Source: Candidatus Krumholzibacteriia bacterium (GTDB lineage Bacteria > Krumholzibacteriota > Krumholzibacteriia > LZORAL124-64-63). Taken from it: a DNA stretch of 10,810 nucleotides. Where the stretch lies: positions 1 to 10,810 of the forward strand of contig JAZBOO010000030.1 in the NCBI GenBank assembly GCA_036351155.1. Reading direction: 5' to 3'. Shown here in pieces: positions 6,694 through 10,810 of this stretch; the stretch's first letter is position 1, and every line of letters starts with the position of its first letter. Under the pieces are notes generated by a model, which did not search any database, was not told the DNA's origin, and worked only from the letters and a program-made list of their open reading frames with translations. The position numbers were made by a program, and so were the translations under genes.

Positions 6694-7464
6694 TCAGGCC
6701 ATCACCTTTTCGTGGAACTCGTCCACCACCTGCAGCAGATGTTCCGGCAGCATGGTGCGCACCTGTTCCTCGATGGTCTGGTCCACCGGACCGAGGGCCG
6801 CCTCGGCCAGTGCACCCGCAATGCAGGCCTGGGTATCGGCATCGCCGCCCAGCGAGATGGCCAGGCTGACGGCCTCCTGCCAGGTGCCCGCCTCCAGGAA
6901 GCAGATGATGGCCTCGGGCACCGACCCCTGACAGGAAACATCGAAGCGGTAGCCGGGACGGATGTCGTCGGTTGTCCTTGCGAGGTCATACCCGAAGCGA
7001 CTGCCGAGTTCCTGACGGATCGTGTCCTTGTCTTCGCCCCGACGCGCCAGGAACACACCCAGGGCCACCGCCTGGGCCCCCTTGACGCCTTCGGGGTGGT
7101 TGTGGGTGACCTCGGCCGAGCGGGCTGCTTCGGCCAGCACGTCCTTTTCCTCATCCAGGAAGTACCCCACGGGGCTGACCCGCATGGCCGACCCGTTGCC
7201 CCAGCTGTTGTAGGGCTGTGGATCGTCACTGCCCAGCCACTTGCGAAAACTCTGCCCGTAGCCGGCCAGAGGATAAACGCGGCCGAAGAGGCGGTAGTTC
7301 GCGGCATAGTCCCCATCGGTCAACAGGGTGAACGCCGTGGCCACCGTCAGGACGGTGTCGTCGGTGAACCGGGACTGGGGCGCGAAAAAGGGGATATCCA
7401 GCCGGCTGGTGGGCTGGAACTCGAAAGTGGAGCCGGCAATGTCCCCGGCGATGGCACCTATCAT
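6694..7464 (-). CDS. ADP-ribosylglycohydrolase (DraG/ARH family), 256 aa
   Basis: MIGAIAGDIAGS, FTDDT (metal ligands), SWGNGSAMR, VTH and GGDADT motifs. AGGAGG lies 7 nt before the ATG at 7464, which is preferred to the TTG at 7470. Confidence 0.93.
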   Translation of the reverse strand: MIGAIAGDIAGSTFEFQPTSRLDIPFFAPQSRFTDDTVLTVATAFTLLTDGDYAANYRLFGRVYPLAGYGQSFRKWLGSDDPQPYNSWGNGSAMRVSPVGYFLDEEKDVLAEAARSAEVTHNHPEGVKGAQAVALGVFLARRGEDKDTIRQELGSRFGYDLARTTDDIRPGYRFDVSCQGSVPEAIICFLEAGTWQEAVSLAISLGGDADTQACIAGALAEAALGPVDQTIEEQVRTMLPEHLLQVVDEFHEKVMA

Positions 7465-7485
7465 GGGCAAACCTCCTGGTGGCAG

Positions 7486-7514
7486 ATCCTAGCAGAGGCA
7501 TCTGGCCGGGTCCA
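7486..7514 (-). promoter_or_regulatory. Putative internal promoter for the ADP-ribosylglycohydrolase
   Basis: Minus strand TGGACC-N17-TAGGAT with extended TG (TGC-TAGGAT). Overlapped by the inverted repeat GCATCTGG-N6-CCAGATGC (7498-7519). Confidence 0.45.
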
Positions 7515-7518
7515 GATG

Positions 7519-8223
7519 CTAGCCGAGACCCAGGGTGAGCCAGATGAACACATAGGCCCAGGTGGCCGCCAGGTGACTCAGCAGGGCGGGCCAGACGCTC
7601 CCGGTCTTCTCCCTCAACCAGGCCCAGCCAAAGCCCGCGGCCGCCACTCCCAGGAAGACTGCCGCCGCCCAGGCCACCTGTCCGATCAGCAGGTGAACCG
7701 TCACCGCATGATAGCTGGCGTAGCCCAGGGAAGTGGCCGCCAACGCCCCCGGGCGCGCAGGCCAGTCGGCCAGCCGGTGGTGCATGTATCCGCGCCAGAA
7801 GAGTTCCTCGGCCGGGCCATTGACCACCAGCATGAACAGAGCCACCATTTTCTGATGCGCAATGGGCACACCCCAGGCCGCCAGGGCCGCGTCGATGATT
7901 TCCCGATCCAGAACCCCACGCCCCAGGGTGAAGAAGGCCGCCAGCACCAGAGCGCCCGTGCCCAGACCGAGCAGGATTCCCCGCCAAAAAAAATGGCTCA
8001 AACCGAGGTGGCGCCGATGATCGACCCACGACGTCCCGTTACCGAGCCGTTCCCGGGCCCAGGGCAGAACAAGGCAGATACCCACATGGTAAACCGCAAA
8101 AACTACCCAGACGCTTCGCCCGAGGGTCAGCCCCGCGACCACCGCCAGGGGGGCCCCCACCAGGAGGCACAGGTCCAGCCCGTGCCTTTTCATCAATGGT
8201 TCAGTGGGCGGGGAAGAGGACAT
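7519..8223 (-). CDS. CPBP-family (Abi/CAAX-like) intramembrane glutamic protease
   Basis: Several hydrophobic helices, EELFWRG (EExxxR), YASYH (FxxxH-like) and KTGSVWPALLSH. Start uncertain because the RBS is weak. Confidence 0.85.
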   Translation of the reverse strand: MSSSPPTEPLMKRHGLDLCLLVGAPLAVVAGLTLGRSVWVVFAVYHVGICLVLPWARERLGNGTSWVDHRRHLGLSHFFWRGILLGLGTGALVLAAFFTLGRGVLDREIIDAALAAWGVPIAHQKMVALFMLVVNGPAEELFWRGYMHHRLADWPARPGALAATSLGYASYHAVTVHLLIGQVAWAAAVFLGVAAAGFGWAWLREKTGSVWPALLSHLAATWAYVFIWLTLGLG

Positions 8224-8232
8224 GAATCCCGG

Positions 8233-9408
8233 TCAAGGCAGATCGGGAGGCGGCAGCCCCTCGTCGTTGGCCTGGTCGTTCGAGATGAACTTCAGCACCT
8301 GGCCCCCGTTTTCCAGAAGGACGAAAACATAGGCGGCATAGTTGATGCGGTTGTTGGCCGGGTCGCTGACCACGTCGACCAGCCCCAGCGACACGGGGGC
8401 GGGGGTTTCCTCGGGGTTGCCGAACAGCAGGGCGTAGTCACCCGAAGGCTCGAACACCTGCACCCGGCTGTTGCCCGTGTCGGCCACGAAAATCCGGCCG
8501 CTGCCGTCGATGGCCAGGGCCCTGGGCGAGTAGAACTCGCCCTGCTCGGTGCTGGTCCCGCCCACCCAGTCGCTTTCTCCACATCCGGCGGCATTGCCCA
8601 GCACGTAATCCGCGGCGGGACGCGGCAGGCAACCGCTGAAGTTGCCCCACAGGGCGGCGCGTCCGCGCCAGGGGTCCTGGTCGTCGGGGTCGGCCGTCAC
8701 ATCGTCCAGCTGAGGAGTGCTGTCAAAGCGGATGACCCAGTTCCGCGTGGTGTCCAGGTCGCAGACCAGCAAACTGTCCTGGCTGTCCTGGACCAGCCCC
8801 GCGGGCTCGTGCACGAAGCGAGCCGCGTCACCATCGTCCCGGCAGAGGATGCCGTAGGAATACAGCCCCGACACCGGGTCCACCGCATAGCGATGCACCA
8901 CTCCGGCTCCCGGGTCCGAAACATACAGAAAAATATCGATGCCCGGAACGTCGGCCGTCCCCACCGCGCTGGTGGCCAGGCTCACACCGTCGATCACCTC
9001 GGGCACCTCGCTGCTTCCCTGCAGGGTCAGGTCCGAGGTCCGGTACCACGAAATCGTGCTCGTGCCTCGATCGTAGACGAACACCTGGGTTTCCTCACGG
9101 TTCACGCACAAAGCCCTGGCATCGGTCAGGTCGGTCACCGCCACGGGTTCGCCGCTGAAGGCCACCACGCCGTAGTTCTGGTCCCGCTTGGTCAACGCGG
9201 TCGGCGTCAGCACCAGCAGGGTGTTGTTGGCGATGGTCAGCTGAACCGGGGCGCCCGGATCGGTGAAGGTATCGATGACTCGATAGGGGCTCCCCGAGTA
9301 GAGGCCCACCGGCTCGGGAATGGCAATCTTTTCACCGCAACCGGGAAGCAGGAGTCCCGCCACCACGATGCCCATCAGGGCCAGCAACCAGAGGCGTGCC
9401 AGGGTCAT
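8233..9408 (-). CDS. Lipoprotein with NHL-repeat/beta-propeller fold, 391 aa
   Basis: Lipoprotein signal MTLARLWLLALMGIVVAGLLLPG-C. One clear NHL repeat (GEFYSPRALAIDGSGRIFVADTGNSRVQVF) plus degenerate blades (FVHEPAGLVQDSQDSLLVCD; FLYVSDPGAGVVHRY). AGGAG-N6-ATG at 9408 with ATGA overlap to the upstream gene. Confidence 0.8.
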   Translation of the reverse strand: MTLARLWLLALMGIVVAGLLLPGCGEKIAIPEPVGLYSGSPYRVIDTFTDPGAPVQLTIANNTLLVLTPTALTKRDQNYGVVAFSGEPVAVTDLTDARALCVNREETQVFVYDRGTSTISWYRTSDLTLQGSSEVPEVIDGVSLATSAVGTADVPGIDIFLYVSDPGAGVVHRYAVDPVSGLYSYGILCRDDGDAARFVHEPAGLVQDSQDSLLVCDLDTTRNWVIRFDSTPQLDDVTADPDDQDPWRGRAALWGNFSGCLPRPAADYVLGNAAGCGESDWVGGTSTEQGEFYSPRALAIDGSGRIFVADTGNSRVQVFEPSGDYALLFGNPEETPAPVSLGLVDVVSDPANNRINYAAYVFVLLENGGQVLKFISNDQANDEGLPPPDLP

Positions 9409-10457
9409 GACCGGCTCCTTCGCCACCCGGAGGTGTCCTTGCGCTTGAACAGCGGAGAGAGATCGACCGACAGGTAGTGCATGTTGCCGAAGGTCCCCAT
9501 GGCCGTGTAGGCGTAGTCCACCCGGACCAGGTAGCGCTTGCGCTTGAGCTCCACCCCGAATCCGGCGGCAAAACCGCCCACGTCACGACTGGTCTCGAAG
9601 CCCATGCGCAGAAACAGCATGCGACGTAGCCCCAGTTCGCTGCCCAGGCGGAAGCTTTCCTTGAAATCGGACGGATGATTGAAATCGGCGGTGGTCAGCA
9701 AGGTCAGATTCTCGCTCAGGCCCCAGGTCCGGGCCGCGCCGAAGGTGCCCACCGTGGGCGCCGAGAAGCTCTGGAAATCCTGGGAGGGGACATACCCATC
9801 GACCAGGGCCGGCGGACTACCCCCGGGCTTCATGTCGCCACCAAAGTTACGCACCGAGAATCCCACCCGGGTATCACCCAGGCCCACGAAGTAGAGAATA
9901 CCCAGGTCGGCCAGCACCGACTTGATCTGGAACTCGTCCAGGTTCTCCTGATAGTACTTCACCGTGCCGCCGATGGAGAAGCGGTCGGTCATGGCGCGGG
10001 CCAGAGTGGCCCCCAGGAAGAACTGGTTGGCATTGAAATACTGGCCGGTGCCCTGCTGGTGAAATTCATCCGTGCGCAGGATATCCCCCGACCGCAAAAT
10101 TCCCATGGTCACGCCGTAGCCGAAGTTCTGGCCCCGCATGTGGAAGGCGAAATGTTCCAGGTCGATGTCCGCCACGTACTCGGTGTGGGCGGCAAAAAAG
10201 TTGCGCCGGCCGGGCGTACGCATGATGCCGGCGGGATTCCAGAAGGGGGCCGACCCATCGGTGGCCACCGCGCTGAAAGCCTTGCCCATGGCCACGGCTC
10301 GCGCGCCCACGGGAATACGCAGGAACTGGCCACCGGCCGTCCCCACGTTCTCCTCGCCGAACAGCCGGATCAGTTCTCCGGCCTGAGCCAGGGAGCCGAA
10401 CAGGAGCAGGCCCAGCAGAGCCATCCACACGACCATCTTGTTGCGGCGGTTTACCAT
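9405..10457 (-). CDS. PorV/PorQ-family (FadL-like) outer-membrane beta-barrel protein, 350 aa
   Basis: Signal peptide ending AQA, family N-terminal motif GTAGGQFLRIPVGARAVAMGKAF...FWNPAG, and alternating amphipathic strands (DRFSIGGTVKY, DLGILY, VDYAY). ATG at 10457 with GGTGAG upstream, overlapping the receptor stop. Confidence 0.82.
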   Translation of the reverse strand: MVNRRNKMVVWMALLGLLLFGSLAQAGELIRLFGEENVGTAGGQFLRIPVGARAVAMGKAFSAVATDGSAPFWNPAGIMRTPGRRNFFAAHTEYVADIDLEHFAFHMRGQNFGYGVTMGILRSGDILRTDEFHQQGTGQYFNANQFFLGATLARAMTDRFSIGGTVKYYQENLDEFQIKSVLADLGILYFVGLGDTRVGFSVRNFGGDMKPGGSPPALVDGYVPSQDFQSFSAPTVGTFGAARTWGLSENLTLLTTADFNHPSDFKESFRLGSELGLRRMLFLRMGFETSRDVGGFAAGFGVELKRKRYLVRVDYAYTAMGTFGNMHYLSVDLSPLFKRKDTSGWRRSRS

Positions 10458-10810
10458 GAGTAGCTCACCCCCCACATGATCACCCGTGGGTTCTCGATAT
10501 AGCTGGGGTTGACCGTGCTCTTGGCGTAGGCCTCGCTGTCGGTCGAGGGAATGATAAGGTCACCGGTTTCCGGATCCCGGACACGCGAATCATCCACCCA
10601 GCGGGGGTTGTAATCGCCCACCTGGTAGCCTTCCCCCGTGAAGGGGTTGATCCGCCGGTAATTCTTGTAATTGAAGAGGTTACGGACCTCGATATGCATG
10701 GTCACCTTGCGGCCCCGATCGAATTTCCAGTACTTGCTGAAGCGCAAATTGACCGTGCTCTTGTAGGGGCCGATTTCGGAGTAGTAGTCGCCCCGCGGGT
10801 AATCGCCCTG
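10451..10810 (-). CDS. C-terminal fragment of a TonB-dependent receptor (starts beyond the window)
   Basis: Frame is open from 10810 to the TAA at 10451 (QGDYPRGDYYSEIGPYKSTVNLRFSKYW...). It shows EVRNLFN and a terminal PRVIMWGVSYSW strand ending in an aromatic residue, typical of TBDR C-termini. Confidence 0.78.
   Translation of the reverse strand, partial: QGDYPRGDYYSEIGPYKSTVNLRFSKYWKFDRGRKVTMHIEVRNLFNYKNYRRINPFTGEGYQVGDYNPRWVDDSRVRDPETGDLIIPSTDSEAYAKSTVNPSYIENPRVIMWGVSYSW

Noticed and set aside
4803..7464. Anti-phage system (RADAR, Kongming, or kinase plus deaminase nucleotide depletion)
   Set aside because: The kinase is an ordinary small dNK rather than an RdrA-like ATPase. There is no HAM1, SIR2, TIR or nuclease effector, no mobile or defence context and no visible compositional shift. 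A salvage role explains the genes.
6694..7464. draG nitrogenase-regulation locus
   Set aside because: No draT or nif genes in the window. Only family-level similarity is supportable, so no gene symbol was assigned.
6694..9408. Stop-codon readthrough or recoding fusing the three same-frame genes
   Set aside because: Each gene is a complete stand-alone family member, the CPBP-ARH gap contains a second in-frame TAG, and the ARH has its own strong RBS.
6712..9477. 921-aa plus-strand ORF spanning three genes
   Set aside because: It is in codon register with the ARH, CPBP and lipoprotein genes, which happen to share one frame. In GC-rich DNA the antisense register is depleted of stops. The translation has no recognisable motifs, so it is a shadow ORF.
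1..10810. CRISPR array, IS element, integrase or prophage genes
   Set aside because: No regularly spaced direct repeats, terminal inverted repeats or transposase/integrase motifs were seen, and nearly all the sequence is accounted for by coding genes.

Overview
GC-rich bacterial window in which every credible gene lies on the minus strand. In transcription order (high to low coordinates): the C-terminal end of a TonB-dependent receptor (truncated by the window edge), a PorV/PorQ-family outer-membrane beta-barrel, an NHL/beta-propeller lipoprotein, a CPBP (Abi/CAAX) intramembrane protease, an ADP-ribosylglycohydrolase, a translationally coupled nucleoside-salvage trio (deoxynucleoside kinase, adenosine deaminase, purine-nucleoside phosphorylase), an intrinsic terminator and a new promoter, tpiA, a secreted 921-aa M16 zinc peptidase, then an AT-rich promoter with a perfect 16-bp palindrome and the first 7 codons of a further gene. 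I see no mobile element, CRISPR array or RNA gene. The gene content suggests an FCB-group bacterium (inference only). Most of the window looks like core genome. The best leads are the SusD-less TBDR/PorV-like/lipoprotein envelope module, the ADP-ribosylhydrolase placed ahead of salvage enzymes with non-canonical active-site residues, a Met-rich repeat linker in the M16 peptidase, and the palindromic operator. Product calls come from motif recognition by eye, not database searches.
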